Positions 34,711 through 49,905 of a stretch of DNA of 64,000 bases are shown here, in pieces; the first letter of the stretch is position 1; every line of letters starts with the position of its first letter. The position numbers were made by a program, and so were the translations under genes. The DNA comes from Rhodospirillales bacterium (GTDB lineage: Bacteria; Pseudomonadota; Alphaproteobacteria; CACIAM-22H2), in assembly GCA_947445225.1 (NCBI GenBank), contig CANFCX010000001.1, forward strand, positions 88,287 through 152,286, written 5' to 3'. The notes below the pieces were generated by a model. It was not told the DNA's origin, searched no databases, and was given only the letters and a program-made list of their open reading frames with translations.

Positions 34711-37700
34711 TAGCCGGGATCGCGCCCCGGCCCGCATTCCGCAAGCTGCGTCAGCCGGCGATGGGTATCGTTGGCGCGGGGTCGCCACAGGCCGCGGGCT
34801 TGCGCTTCGAGCAAGCGCTGGCTCATTTCCCGTAGCGCGGCGGGGTTTGCGTCCTTTAGAAACGCGCACACGGTTTCATCGCGCAAATAGGCGTCGAACA
34901 CGGCGTCGAAGTGATGATCCTTCACCGCCGCCGTGGTCGCCGCGAAGGCGAAGAGGTAATCCACCGTCGCCGCCATTTCAAAAGCGCCCTTATAACCGTG
35001 GCGCATGACTCCGCGAATCCATTTCGGGTTGACCACACGCGCCCGCAGGATGCGCGCGGCCTCTTCCTCCAGCGTCCGCACCTTCGGCGATTCCGGCCGA
35101 GAATGATCGTTGTGGTAGACCGCGGGCGACCGTCCGGAGACATGGCGAATGGCGGCGGTTAGACCACCCTCGAATTGGTAATAATCGTCGCTATCGAAAA
35201 GATCGTGTTCGCGGTTGTCCTGGTTCTGCACCACGGCGTCGATGCGCGACAGCCGCGTCTCGAACAACGAATGTTCGGCTTGCCCCTCGGCGCCGCCGCC
35301 ATAGGCGTAGCCGCCCCAGGCGACATAGGCGCGGGCGAGGTCGGCGGCGCTGTCCCATCCGCGTTCGTCGATGAGCGCCTGCAAACCCGCGCCATAAGCG
35401 CCGGGTTTGGATCCGAAGACACGATAACCGGCGCGAAGGCGCGCCTGCGTGGCTGAGGCGCCGGCTTCGACCAGCCGCGCCGATTCGGCCGCGACCCGTG
35501 CCGCTTGCGGGTTCACCTCCGCCGGTTCGTCGAGCGCCGCCACCGCGCGCGCGGCGCTATCGAACAACTCGATCAGATTGGGAAAGGCGTCGCGAAAAAA
35601 GCCGGAGACGCGCAGCGTCACATCGACGCGCGGGCGGTCGAGCAACGAAGCGGGAAGAACCTCGAAGCCGCAGACGCGGCCGGTCGCGACATCCCAACGG
35701 GGCCTGGCGCCGATAAGCGCCAGGGCCTGGGCAATGTCGTCGCCGCCGGTCCGCATCGCGCTTGTGCCCCATGCGGACAGGGCGAGCGCCTTCGGATATT
35801 CGCCATGGTCCTGGGCGTGACGCGCCAGCAGCAACCCGGCCGATTTCCAACCCAGCGTCCACGCCGCCGGGGTCGGCAGCGCCCGTGTATCGACGGAGTA
35901 GAAGTTGCGCCCGGTGGGCAAGACCTCGGGACGGCCACGGCTCGGTGCGCCCGACGGTCCCGGCTTCACGAATCGGCCGTCGAGTCCGGCGAGCAGTCCG
36001 GCGATTTCACCGCCGCCGCAGGCGAGCACGGCCGGGCGCAACCAATCTTCGATCCAGCCCAACACGGCCCGCGCCCGCGCCCAGGCGGGTTCCGCGGCCA
36101 TCTCGCCCGCCACCAACGCCTTGCCAAGAACCTCCAGCCGTTCGACCGTATCGCCATGGCTGCGCCACGCCGACGCGCCCGCGAGCGCCGGCGGGCGCGG
36201 CCCCGTCCATGGCGCCGCCATGTCGCAATCGAGCGGATCGAAATCGAGCCCGAGATCGGCGGCGAGCGCGCGGAGAAGCGAGGCGTCTCCGCTTTCTCCG
36301 GAGCGCCGTGGCAGGCGCGACAAGGCGACGAGCAGATCGACGAGTTGACCGTCGGCGGGCGCGCGACCGAAGACGTGCAGCCCATCGCGGATTTGTAGTT
36401 CCTTGATTTCACACAAGAACGAATCGAGCTTGACCAGCGCCGCGTTCGCATCGTCGTTTGGCGCGATCCCGCAATCGCGGTCGAGCCCGATCCGGCGGGT
36501 GAGATCGAGAATCTCGCCGCCCAGAAGTTTCAGCCGGCGCGGATCGAGCCCCGACGCTTCGTAATATTCGTCGATGAGGCGCTCCAATTCGCGCAATGGC
36601 CCGTAACTTTCGGCGCGCGTCAGCGGGGGTGTCAGGTGATCGACGATGACCGCCTGGGCCCGGCGCTTGGCTTGCGTGCCTTCACCGGGATCGTTGACGA
36701 TGAAGGGATAGAGGTGCGGCATCGGCCCGAAAGCCGCCTCCGGGAAACAAGAGTCGGAAAGCGCGAGCGCCTTTCCCGGCAGCCATTCGAGGTTGCCGTG
36801 TTTGCCGATATCAACGATGGCGTCGGCGCGGAAGGCCAAACGCAGCCACGCGTAAAAGGCCGAATAGCCATGGGGCGGGGGCAAGTCGGGATCGTGGTAG
36901 GAACGTGCCGGATCGATGTCGTAGCCGCGCGATGGCTGTAGCCCGACAACGATCTTGCCAAAGCGCAACGCGGCGATGGCGAAGGCCCCGCAATCGGTGC
37001 TGCCGGGCAGGAAGCAGGGATCGGATTCCGGCGACCCCCAGCGGGCCGTGACTTTGTCCTGCACCTCACGCGGCAGACCGGAAAAAAACGCGGCATAGTC
37101 GGATAGCGGAAGCGTTTCGGCGATGGCGCGCGACGACAGGGCGCGTTTGTCGTTGCTCGGCCCAGCCAGAAGATTTTGCACGAGTGCCGCGCCGTCCCTT
37201 GGCGGACATCTGACGTCATAACCAGCGTCTTTCAGCGCGCCGAGGATCGCGATGGTGGAGGCTGGCGTATCCAGGCCCACGCCATTGCCGATGCGTCCAT
37301 CGCGATGGGGGTAGTTGGCAAGGACAAGCGCGATTCTGCGTTCACCGGGCGGCGCTCGGCGCAGCTTCACCCATGCCGCCGCCAAGGCCGCTGTGAACTC
37401 GACACGATCAGCCAGGGGAACCTGACCCACGATGTCGGTCTGCGTCGCCTCGTCGCGGCGCAGCCGGCCCTTGAAGGCTATGGCGCGGGTCAAAATCCGT
37501 CCGTCGATTTCGGGCAAGGCGACATTCATCGCCAGGTCGCGGGCGGCAAGGCCGTTCGTTCCCGCGCGCCACGCCGCTTCCTCCCCGCCCGACAGAACGA
37601 CCTGCAGGACAGGGCAATTCGCCGCCGCCAGGGGATCGGTCCGCCCCTCGCCCAGCGCGAAGCCGGTCGTGGCCAGGATGATATCCGGAGGCGCGGCCGC

Positions 37701-38468
37701 GAAGGCCTCCGCGATCATCGCCGCCGCCATCGGGTCCTTCAGGCTGGCGACCTGGATCGGCAGCGCCGACAATCCATGCCGGTCCAGCGCCTCGATCAAA
37801 ACATCGATCGCCGCCGTATTCGCGGCCAGCGCCAGGGCGCGGTAGAAGACGATAGCGGCGACCGGGCGCTGCTTGGTCCAGCGCCCCCGAATGTCGGCAA
37901 GACTGGGCGATACACATCCCGGCCAGTGGAAACCCGCGCGCAGCACCGGCGCCGGTTCCCGCCAATCCATTCGGGCGCCGGTCAGGTTGGCGGCGTAACG
38001 CAGAAGCTGGCCGGCGTTGTCGATGCCGCCAAACACGAAATACTGCCACAGCCGGTGCGTCGCCTCCGCCGGTAGGGTCGACAGCCCGGCGAAGCCTGGA
38101 TCCGGCTGGTCATCGCCGGGCAGGAGCGCCAGGGCAATGCCCTGGCGGCGGCAGGTGGCGACGATTTGTTCGACGCCATGGGGCCAATAGGATTGGCCGC
38201 CAAGCACGCGGGCGACGACCAACTTTGCCTGCGACACCACCCGTTCGACATACATATCCACGGACAGGTTGTGAGCGAGGCTGAGGATGCTGGCGAGCCG
38301 CAGGCTGGGAAGGTTGTCCCCGTCACGCTCCAGCGCCTGGCGGGCGGCGGCCAGGCAAGCGATCTCGCTGTCGGCCGCGGTCAGGACAACGATGTCGCCT
38401 GGGCTCTGGTCGAGGTCGATCGCGACGCCCGTGTCGACGGCGCCCGGCTGCGCGGCCAGCAGATGCAT
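34710..38468 (-). CDS. cobN: Cobaltochelatase subunit CobN
   Basis: 1252-aa protein. CobN/Mg-chelatase H-family motifs include ...GKHGNLEWLPGKALALS.... Confidence 0.9.
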   Translation of the reverse strand: MHLLAAQPGAVDTGVAIDLDQSPGDIVVLTAADSEIACLAAARQALERDGDNLPSLRLASILSLAHNLSVDMYVERVVSQAKLVVARVLGGQSYWPHGVEQIVATCRRQGIALALLPGDDQPDPGFAGLSTLPAEATHRLWQYFVFGGIDNAGQLLRYAANLTGARMDWREPAPVLRAGFHWPGCVSPSLADIRGRWTKQRPVAAIVFYRALALAANTAAIDVLIEALDRHGLSALPIQVASLKDPMAAAMIAEAFAAAPPDIILATTGFALGEGRTDPLAAANCPVLQVVLSGGEEAAWRAGTNGLAARDLAMNVALPEIDGRILTRAIAFKGRLRRDEATQTDIVGQVPLADRVEFTAALAAAWVKLRRAPPGERRIALVLANYPHRDGRIGNGVGLDTPASTIAILGALKDAGYDVRCPPRDGAALVQNLLAGPSNDKRALSSRAIAETLPLSDYAAFFSGLPREVQDKVTARWGSPESDPCFLPGSTDCGAFAIAALRFGKIVVGLQPSRGYDIDPARSYHDPDLPPPHGYSAFYAWLRLAFRADAIVDIGKHGNLEWLPGKALALSDSCFPEAAFGPMPHLYPFIVNDPGEGTQAKRRAQAVIVDHLTPPLTRAESYGPLRELERLIDEYYEASGLDPRRLKLLGGEILDLTRRIGLDRDCGIAPNDDANAALVKLDSFLCEIKELQIRDGLHVFGRAPADGQLVDLLVALSRLPRRSGESGDASLLRALAADLGLDFDPLDCDMAAPWTGPRPPALAGASAWRSHGDTVERLEVLGKALVAGEMAAEPAWARARAVLGWIEDWLRPAVLACGGGEIAGLLAGLDGRFVKPGPSGAPSRGRPEVLPTGRNFYSVDTRALPTPAAWTLGWKSAGLLLARHAQDHGEYPKALALSAWGTSAMRTGGDDIAQALALIGARPRWDVATGRVCGFEVLPASLLDRPRVDVTLRVSGFFRDAFPNLIELFDSAARAVAALDEPAEVNPQAARVAAESARLVEAGASATQARLRAGYRVFGSKPGAYGAGLQALIDERGWDSAADLARAYVAWGGYAYGGGAEGQAEHSLFETRLSRIDAVVQNQDNREHDLFDSDDYYQFEGGLTAAIRHVSGRSPAVYHNDHSRPESPKVRTLEEEAARILRARVVNPKWIRGVMRHGYKGAFEMAATVDYLFAFAATTAAVKDHHFDAVFDAYLRDETVCAFLKDANPAALREMSQRLLEAQARGLWRPRANDTHRRLTQLAECGPGRDPG

Positions 38469-38471
38469 GTG

Positions 38472-39506
38472 TCAGCCGCGGATGATCGCGCCAATGGCGT
38501 CGCGCGGCAGGCCTTTGAGGCCGATGACGACCAACCGGCCCGTGCGCGCCTCGCCAACCCGCCACGGGCGATCGAAATAGGCATCGAGTCGAGGCCCCAC
38601 GCCCTGAATCGCCAGTCGCATCGATTTTCCGGGGACATCGGCGAAGCCTTTGACCCGCAAGACGTCGTGCACCGCGGTCGCCGCGACGATCCGGGCGAGC
38701 AGGGCGTTGATCTCCGGAATCTCCGGCAACGCCACCACGAAGCTTTCGAAATCGTCATGGTCGTGATCGTCGCCCTCGGCCTCGTGATAGGAAGACCGAT
38801 TGCCGAGATCGGCCTCCGCCGCCGCGCCGAGACCAAGCAGCACCCCGGCATCCACGGCGCCGAAACGGGAAGGCACGAGCCGTACCCCCGGCCGCAACTT
38901 GGTCCGCAATCGTCGCGACAGCACGCCCAAAGCATGAGCGTCGAGCAGGTCTGCCTTGTTCAGCAGAACGAGATCGGCGCAGGCAAGCTGATCCTCGAAG
39001 ACCTCGCCGAGCGGATTTTCATGGGTAACCGCAGGGTCGGCCAGGAATTGCACGACGACTTTTTCGGGGTCGTCGGCAAAACGGCCATCGGACGCTGCCG
39101 GCGCGTCGACGACCACGATCACGCCGTCGACCGTCACCCGGCTGCGCACCTCCGGCCAGGCGAAGGCCTTGACCAAGGGTTTCGGCAAAGCCAGGCCCGA
39201 GGTTTCGATGACGATGTGATCCGGCGGCTCCCGGCGATCGAGCAGCTTTTCTATGGTCGGGAGGAAATCGTCGGCGACCGTGCAGCAAATGCATCCATTC
39301 GCCAGTTCGATGATGTCGTCCTCGTCGCAGCCGGCGATTCCGCAACCCAACAGCAGATCGCGATCGATCCCGGTTTCGCCGAATTCATTGATCACGAAGG
39401 CGAGGCGGCGCCCGCCCGCCGATTTCGCCAGGTTCTGCAACAAGCTCGTTTTGCCCGCGCCGAGAAAACCGGTGACGATCGTTGCTGGAATGCGCGGCAC
39501 GGTCAT
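38472..39506 (-). CDS. cobW: Cobalamin biosynthesis GTPase CobW (COG0523/G3E family)
   Basis: Walker A TGFLGAGKTSLL, a CxCC motif (GCICCT) and a C-terminal CobW_C domain. It lies directly upstream of cobN. Confidence 0.85.
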   Translation of the reverse strand: MTVPRIPATIVTGFLGAGKTSLLQNLAKSAGGRRLAFVINEFGETGIDRDLLLGCGIAGCDEDDIIELANGCICCTVADDFLPTIEKLLDRREPPDHIVIETSGLALPKPLVKAFAWPEVRSRVTVDGVIVVVDAPAASDGRFADDPEKVVVQFLADPAVTHENPLGEVFEDQLACADLVLLNKADLLDAHALGVLSRRLRTKLRPGVRLVPSRFGAVDAGVLLGLGAAAEADLGNRSSYHEAEGDDHDHDDFESFVVALPEIPEINALLARIVAATAVHDVLRVKGFADVPGKSMRLAIQGVGPRLDAYFDRPWRVGEARTGRLVVIGLKGLPRDAIGAIIRG

Positions 39507-40086
39507 GGCCGCACCGTGGCGGCGCCGGAGTCCTTGAGGATCAGCGGCAAGCCGGCGACGACGAGGACAACACGATCGGCGATCGCGGCGATGTCCTGAT
39601 GGAGAGCGCCCGCATGATCGCGAAAGGCCCGCGCCAGGGCGTTGTCTGGCACGATTCCCTGACCGACTTCATTGGACACAAGAACCACGGGGCCTTTGAG
39701 TTGTTTCAATGCCTGGGTGAGGCGGCGCCGCGCCAACACGAGGTCGTGGCCGGCGCCGAGAAGATTGGACAGCCATAGGGTGAGACAATCGACCAGGATC
39801 GGCCGCGCTTCGTCCGATTCGCGGTCCAGCGCCTCGGCCAGGGCCAGGCCCTCTTCCAGCGTTCGCCAATGGGCGCCGCGGCGGGCGCGATGCTGGCGGA
39901 TGCGGTCGGCCATTTCGGCGTCGCCGGCAGCGGCCGTGGCCACATACAGACCAGCGCCGCGCGGGCCGATGGCGTCTTCGATCAATCGTTCCGCATAGGT
40001 GCTTTTGCCGGATTTCGCTCCGCCCAATACCAGGGTCAGCCGGGGTAAAGCGGCTGTGGCGGGAACGGAGGGCGATGGCGCTATCA
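39503..40086 (-). CDS. cobU: Adenosylcobinamide kinase / adenosylcobinamide-phosphate guanylyltransferase (CobU/CobP)
   Basis: P-loop LVLGGAKSGKST. GTG start at 40086 with a [12 protein letters not shown]. The ORF-track 5' extension was discarded. Confidence 0.8.
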
Positions 40087-40303
40087 CTCGATCCTCCTCC
40101 CCGAGGACGGTTACCGGGCGCGGCTGTGGGCCACGGCGTCGAGGAGGTCTCCTGGCTCGGGTTCGTCGATCGCGGCGCCTTCCCGGCGCTGACGGCGCCA
40201 GTGGCAAAATCGAGCCGCGATCTCTTCCCTTACAGTTGCGGGGGCAGCGCCGGCTTGGCAACAGCGTCACCGGCTTCCCTGTCTCGATGCGGGGCGGAGA
40301 CTA

Positions 40304-40921
40304 TCACGCCGTCGGTGGCGTAGGAACGTTGATCGCGGCGATGCGCCAATCGCGCCCGCCGTCTTTGCGGGCGATGTGGTCCAGTCGGCTCAGCGACAGC
40401 GTGTCCACGCTGAACGCCAACGCGCGTTCGGGCCCCAAGGCCAGGGCGTGGCCGAGGGCCGCGCGAATCGTACCGCCATGGGCAACCGCGACAATGTCCC
40501 GTCCCGGGTGGGCCAGGGTCAGCCTGTCCACCGCTTCGGCCACGCGAACCACCATTTGGGCGAAGCTTTCGCCGCCGGGCGGCACGAATTGAGCCGGCGC
40601 GAGCCATAGTTTGTGGTCGTCGTGAAAACCGATATCGGCATGGCTCTTTCCCTGCCACTCGCCGAAATTCTGTTCGGCTAGGGCGGGCTCGACAATCGGC
40701 GGCGGCGCGGAGCCAGCGCCGCGTATCGCCGCCGCGGTGTCGCGACAGCGACTCAATTGGCTTGTCACCCAAACCGCGCCGCGCGGCAAGACCAGCCCCA
40801 GCGCATCGAACCGCGCCGAATCGGATAGATCGGCGGCAACGTCGCTCTGCCCATAGATGCGACCGCCGGGATTGATCACGGGCGCGTGGCGCACCCACCA
40901 CCAACGCGTCACGGTGGTCAT
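40304..40921 (-). CDS. cobC: Histidine-phosphatase-family protein (alpha-ribazole phosphatase CobC-like)
   Basis: WWVRHAP is the RHG-type motif. ...VAVAHGGTIRAAL is the second catalytic His motif. Its position between cobS and cobU supports a CobC role. Confidence 0.65.
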   Translation of the reverse strand: MTTVTRWWWVRHAPVINPGGRIYGQSDVAADLSDSARFDALGLVLPRGAVWVTSQLSRCRDTAAAIRGAGSAPPPIVEPALAEQNFGEWQGKSHADIGFHDDHKLWLAPAQFVPPGGESFAQMVVRVAEAVDRLTLAHPGRDIVAVAHGGTIRAALGHALALGPERALAFSVDTLSLSRLDHIARKDGGRDWRIAAINVPTPPTA

Positions 40922-41703
40922 GGCACCGCGAGGGCCGCCAGCAGCATGGCGATTTCGACGACTTGCTGAACCGCGCCAAGGACATCGCCGGTATAGCCGC
41001 CGAGCCGGCGCTGCGCCAGCCAGGCCGCCCAGGCGACGACAAGGGCAGCGGCCGCGAGGGCAGCGATGCCCATCAACGGGCCAAGGCCGATAAAGGCGAA
41101 GACGGCGCCGATGCCGACGGCATCGATCGCGCGGTGGCGCTCCGGCCGCCCGGCGACCGCGCCGAGGCCATTATCCCGAGCCGGGCCAAGAAAATACATG
41201 ACCGGCACCATGGCCGCCCGCGACATAGCGCCCGTCGCGATCAGCACCGTGGCCACATCCCAGGCCCAGCCATAGGAGGAAATGGCAAGCACCCGCAACG
41301 AGATCGAGGCGATCAAGGCAAGGACGCCGAAAGTGCCGATGCGGCTATCATGCATGATCGCGAGCCGGCGCTCGCGGTCGCGGCCGCCTAGACCATCGGC
41401 GGTGTCGGCTAGTCCATCTTCGTGGAGTGCGCCGGTCGCCACGATCAGGGTGAAGACGGCCAACATCGCCCCAATGGCGGGCGGCAGCCCGATGCCTTCG
41501 GCCAGGGCGTAGACCAGCCCGCCGCCGAAGCCGAGCACGGCGCCCACGATCGGAAAGCCGCGAACCGCATCGGCCAGCCCGCCCGGCGCCAAGGCCGGCG
41601 CTTCGAACGGAAACCGCGTGAGGAACGCCATCGACACGCGTACATCGTATCGCCAACCCGGCGTTACCGGTTCGGCGGCGGGGTTGGGCCGAAGGTCTGA
41701 CAT
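40918..41703 (-). CDS. cobS: Adenosylcobinamide-GDP ribazoletransferase (cobalamin synthase CobS/CobV)
   Basis: Polytopic membrane protein with an FLTRFP motif. ~260 aa. Confidence 0.8.
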   Translation of the reverse strand: MSDLRPNPAAEPVTPGWRYDVRVSMAFLTRFPFEAPALAPGGLADAVRGFPIVGAVLGFGGGLVYALAEGIGLPPAIGAMLAVFTLIVATGALHEDGLADTADGLGGRDRERRLAIMHDSRIGTFGVLALIASISLRVLAISSYGWAWDVATVLIATGAMSRAAMVPVMYFLGPARDNGLGAVAGRPERHRAIDAVGIGAVFAFIGLGPLMGIAALAAAALVVAWAAWLAQRRLGGYTGDVLGAVQQVVEIAMLLAALAVP

Positions 41704-41789
41704 TTTTTTCCGACTTTCAGATCGGGCGCCGTGCGGTTATAGGACAACCGGAAGCATCGCGCCAACCGCACCTTCATCAGCCGGTCGAA

Positions 41790-42815
41790 ATGCCCGAACG
41801 CCCACCTGCGTCATTCGATGAAATCCGTGCCCTGGTGCGGGAACTTCCGGGACCGGACCTGGAAGCCGCTTCCGCCGCGGCCGCGCGGGAGGCGCAGCTG
41901 ACCAAGCCGGCCGGCGCCCTGGGCCGGCTCGAGGAGCTGGCCGCCTGGCTCGCCACCTGGCAGGGCCGGCATCCGCCGCGTATCGACCACCCCCGCACCT
42001 GCGTGTTCGCGGGCAATCATGGCGTCGCCGCGCGCGGTGTTTCGGCCTATCCCTCCTCCGTCACCGCTCAGATGGTCAAGAATTTCATCGCCGGCGGCGC
42101 CGCGGTCAATCAGCTGTGCAAGATCGCGGATGCGGATTTGCGCGTCTATGAAATGTCGCTCGACCGGCCCACCCGCGATTTCACCGAGGACGCCGCCCTG
42201 GACGAGGAGGACTGCGCCATCGCGACCGCCTATGGAATGATGGCGGTGGAGCCCGGCATCGACCTGCTTTGCCTTGGTGAAATGGGCATCGCCAACACCA
42301 CGCCCGCGGCGGCAATCTGCCTCGCTTTGTTCGGCGGCGAGGCCAAGGATTGGGTCGGCCCCGGCACCGGCGTGACCGGGGATGTGTTGGCGCGGAAGAC
42401 TGCCGTCGTCCGCGCCGGGGTCGACAAACACCGCGCGAACCTAAGCGATCCGTTGGAAGTCCTCGCCCGCCTGGGTGGATATGAATTCGCCGCCATCGGC
42501 GGGGCAATCCTGGCGGCGCGGCTGGCGCGGGCGCCGGTCGTCCTCGACGGCTTTGCCTGCACCGCCGCGGCCGCGATCCTGTTCGCCATCGACCGCCATG
42601 CCCTGGATCATTGCATCGTGGCCCATGTGTCGGCGGAACCGGGCCATCGGCGCCTGCTTGAGCGGCTTGGCAAACGCGCCCTCTTCGATTTCGGCATGCG
42701 CCTCGGCGAGGCCTCCGGGGCCACGCTCGCCATACCCCTATTGAAGGCCGCGGCGGCCTGTCACTCCGGCATGGCGACGTTTGCCGCGGCCGGCGTCATC
42801 GGGAAGGTCGATTGA
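41790..42815 (+). CDS. cobT: Nicotinate-nucleotide--dimethylbenzimidazole phosphoribosyltransferase (CobT)
   Basis: ...LTKPAGALGRLEELAAWLATWQG...GEMGIANTTPAAAI... matches the conserved CobT active-site segments. Confidence 0.85.
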   Translation: MPERPPASFDEIRALVRELPGPDLEAASAAAAREAQLTKPAGALGRLEELAAWLATWQGRHPPRIDHPRTCVFAGNHGVAARGVSAYPSSVTAQMVKNFIAGGAAVNQLCKIADADLRVYEMSLDRPTRDFTEDAALDEEDCAIATAYGMMAVEPGIDLLCLGEMGIANTTPAAAICLALFGGEAKDWVGPGTGVTGDVLARKTAVVRAGVDKHRANLSDPLEVLARLGGYEFAAIGGAILAARLARAPVVLDGFACTAAAAILFAIDRHALDHCIVAHVSAEPGHRRLLERLGKRALFDFGMRLGEASGATLAIPLLKAAAACHSGMATFAAAGVIGKVD

Positions 42816-42816
42816 T

Positions 42817-43434
42817 ATGATCCAAGGCGAAGCCAAGAGCATGTCGGACATCGTCGCCTATTTCGCCGACGAATTCCCCGGCGAACGCATTACCCTGGGC
42901 GATTTCGTCACCGCGCTTGGGGACCGATCTTTCGGTATCCTGCTGCTGATTTTCGCCCTACCCAGCGCGTTGCCCTTGAGCGCGGTCCCGGGTGTATCCA
43001 CGGTCTTCGGCATTCCGATGGCGGCGGTGGCGGCGCAGATGATGATCGGCATGAAAAGGCCGGCGATGCCGGGTTGGCTGCTTTCGCGATCCGTGGCGCG
43101 GACCGATCTGCAAAGGGCCGTCGCCCGCGTTCTGCCCTATTTGCGCCGGCTTGAACGGGTCCTGCGCCCACGCTGGCTGCTCCTGACCGGCGCGCTGGCC
43201 GAGCGCGCCATCGGTGCGGCTTGTTTTGTCCTCGCGCTGATCGTCACCTTGCCGATTCCGTTCGGCAATCAGCCGCCCTCGCTTGCCATCGCCCTCTTCG
43301 CGGTCGGCATCTTCGAGCGGGATGGCGTGTTCGTGATCGTCGGATCGATCGCCGGAATTGTGTCTCTATTTCTCTTGTTCGGCGTGTATTTCACGGCCCT
43401 GCAGGCGCTGCTTTTATTGCTGCGCCAACTGTAG
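42817..43434 (+). CDS. ExoD-family membrane protein (exopolysaccharide-synthesis ExoD-like)
   Basis: MIQGEAKSMSDIVAYFADEFPGERITLGDFVTALGDRSFGILLLIFALPSALPL... matches the ExoD-family layout. Four TM segments. Confidence 0.65.
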   Translation: MIQGEAKSMSDIVAYFADEFPGERITLGDFVTALGDRSFGILLLIFALPSALPLSAVPGVSTVFGIPMAAVAAQMMIGMKRPAMPGWLLSRSVARTDLQRAVARVLPYLRRLERVLRPRWLLLTGALAERAIGAACFVLALIVTLPIPFGNQPPSLAIALFAVGIFERDGVFVIVGSIAGIVSLFLLFGVYFTALQALLLLLRQL

Positions 43435-43448
43435 TGCCGACGTCGGAA

Positions 43449-44858
<1,410 letters not shown>

Positions 44859-44879
44859 CCCCGTCGCCCCCGGTAAATC

Positions 44880-46115
44880 TTACAAATCCAGCAACAGGCG
44901 CTGGGGATCCTCGATGCATTCCTTGACGCGCACGAGGAAGGTCACGGCCTCGCGCCCATCGACGATGCGGTGATCGTAGGACAGGGCGGTGTACATCATC
45001 GGCCGCACTTCCACCTTGTCGCCGATCGCCACCGGCCGCGGCTGAATCTTGTGCATGCCGAGAATGCCCGATTGCGGCGGGTTCAGGATAGGCGTCGACA
45101 GCAGCGACCCGAAGACGCCGCCATTGGAGATCGTGAAGGTGCCGCCGGTCAGGTCTTCGATGGCGAGTTTGCCGTCGCGGGCGCGGGTCCCGAGTTCGGC
45201 GATCGTCCGTTCGAGTTCGGCGAAATTCATCCGATCGGCATCGCGCACGACCGGGACGACCAGCCCCTGCGGCGCGCTGACCGCGACACCGATGTCGTAG
45301 CGGTTCTTGTAGACGACGTCGTCGCCGTCGATCTCGCCATTCACGGCGGGAATTTCCTTCAACGCGGCGATGCAGGCCTTGACGAAAAAGGACAGAAATC
45401 CAAGCCGGACCTTGTGTCTTTTCTCAAAGGAATCCCGAAAACGTTCGCGCAGGGCCATCACCTGCGTCATGTCGCATTCGTTGAAGGTGGTGAGGATCGC
45501 GGCCGTGTTCTGAGCGTGTTTCAGCCGCTCGGCGATGCGTTTGCGTAGCCGGGTCATGCGGACGCGTTCTTCGCGTTCCCCGGGCGTTCGCGGAACCTGC
45601 CGAGTTTCGGCAACCGGGGCCGGAGCCGGTCGCGCGGCGGGGGCCGACGCCTGATCGGTGCGCGCCATGACATCACCCTTGGTGACCCGCCCATCCTTGC
45701 CCGTGCCAGCCACCGCGCTCGGCTCCAGCTTCGCCTCGGCCATCATCTTGCGCGCCGCGGGGCCTGGCGTTGGCGCCGTCGCTGGCTTTGCGGCCGGCGC
45801 GGGTGGTGCTGGCGGCGCGGCTGCCGAAGAGGCTTTCACCGCAACCGGGGCCGCGGCGACAGCCGCCCTGGCCACGACCGCCCCGCCGATGATGCCGAGG
45901 ATGGCGCCAACGGTGACCGTTTCGCCGGCCGCGACGCGCATTTCAGACAATGTACCGGCGGCGCCCGCGGGCACCTCCAGCGTCACCTTATCGGTTTCCA
46001 GCTCGACGATCGGCTCGTCCATGGCGACGCTGTCGCCCACGGCCTTGAACCACTTGGCCACGGTGGCCTCGTTCACCGATTCGCCCAGCGCGGGCACCTT
46101 GATTTCAACCGCCAT
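44880..46115 (-). CDS. sucB: 2-oxoglutarate dehydrogenase E2 (dihydrolipoamide succinyltransferase)
   Basis: Lipoyl domain ([22 protein letters not shown]...ETDKV), an Ala/Pro linker, and a catalytic domain with DHRIVDG. Confidence 0.9.
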   Translation of the reverse strand: MAVEIKVPALGESVNEATVAKWFKAVGDSVAMDEPIVELETDKVTLEVPAGAAGTLSEMRVAAGETVTVGAILGIIGGAVVARAAVAAAPVAVKASSAAAPPAPPAPAAKPATAPTPGPAARKMMAEAKLEPSAVAGTGKDGRVTKGDVMARTDQASAPAARPAPAPVAETRQVPRTPGEREERVRMTRLRKRIAERLKHAQNTAAILTTFNECDMTQVMALRERFRDSFEKRHKVRLGFLSFFVKACIAALKEIPAVNGEIDGDDVVYKNRYDIGVAVSAPQGLVVPVVRDADRMNFAELERTIAELGTRARDGKLAIEDLTGGTFTISNGGVFGSLLSTPILNPPQSGILGMHKIQPRPVAIGDKVEVRPMMYTALSYDHRIVDGREAVTFLVRVKECIEDPQRLLLDL

Positions 46116-46151
46116 CCACGCCTCGTTTCATTCCGCCCAGTCGATGGAAAA

Positions 46152-48995
<2,844 letters not shown>

Positions 48996-49029
48996 GTCCG
49001 TTCGGCCCCAACCACTGGCGAGGCGGCCA

Positions 49030-49905
49030 TCAACCCCGCATCGCCTCTGCCATGGCCGCGCCCAGCCCCGCCGGCGATTCGGCAACACGTATGCCCGCGC
49101 TTTTCAGCGCCTCGATCTTCGCTCCGGCGCCGCCGTGGCCGCCCGCGATAATGGCGCCGGCATGACCCATGCGGCGGCCCGGGGGAGCCGTGAGACCGGC
49201 GATGAATCCGACGACGGGTTTCTTTCGCTTTTCCCGACGCAAGAAAGCGGCGGCTTCTTCCTCCGCCGTGCCCCCGATTTCGCCGATCATGACGATGCCC
49301 TGGGTTTCGGAATCGGCAAGAAACAGCTCGAGGCAATCGATGAAATTGGTGCCGTTGACAGGGTCGCCGCCGATGCCGATGCACGTGGTCTGGCCGAGCC
49401 CGGCGGCGGTCGTCTGCGCCACCGCCTCATAGGTCAACGTGCCCGAACGCGACACGATGCCGATGCGGCCGCGGTTGTGGATATGGCCGGGCATGATGCC
49501 GATCTTGCATTCGCCGGGCGTGATGATCCCCGGGCAGTTCGGCCCGATCAGCCGGGTCTTGGAACCTTGCAATGCCCGTTTGACGACGACCATGTCGAGC
49601 ACCGGGATGCCCTCGGTGATGCACACCACCAGGCGGATGCCGGCGTCGATCGCTTCAAGGATCGCATCGGCGGCAAAGGGCGGCGGAACGTAGATGGCCG
49701 AAGCATCCGCCCCGGTCGCCGCCGCGGCCTGGGCCACGGTGTCGAAGACCGGGAGGTCGATATGTTTGGTCCCGCCCTTGCCGGGCGTGACGCCGCCAAC
49801 CATGCGGGTGCCGTAGGCGATCGCCTGTTCGGAATGGAAGGTGCCTTGCGCGCCGGTAAACCCCTGGCAAATCACGCGCGTCTGGGCATTGACGAGGACG
49901 GCCAT
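49030..49905 (-). CDS. sucD: Succinyl-CoA synthetase alpha subunit
   Basis: [24 protein letters not shown]...; phosphohistidine region [11 protein letters not shown] overlap with the sucC stop. Confidence 0.9.
   Translation of the reverse strand: MAVLVNAQTRVICQGFTGAQGTFHSEQAIAYGTRMVGGVTPGKGGTKHIDLPVFDTVAQAAAATGADASAIYVPPPFAADAILEAIDAGIRLVVCITEGIPVLDMVVVKRALQGSKTRLIGPNCPGIITPGECKIGIMPGHIHNRGRIGIVSRSGTLTYEAVAQTTAAGLGQTTCIGIGGDPVNGTNFIDCLELFLADSETQGIVMIGEIGGTAEEEAAAFLRREKRKKPVVGFIAGLTAPPGRRMGHAGAIIAGGHGGAGAKIEALKSAGIRVAESPAGLGAAMAEAMRG

Noticed and set aside
35505-36406. Several 100-300-aa plus-strand ORFs inside cobN
   Set aside because: Arg-rich nonsense translations. cobN on the minus strand is unambiguous over its whole 1252-aa length.
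41704-41789. Cobalamin riboswitch between cobS and cobT
   Set aside because: The intergenic region is only 86 bp, far too short for an RF00174-type riboswitch (~200 nt), and no B12-box-like sequence was seen.
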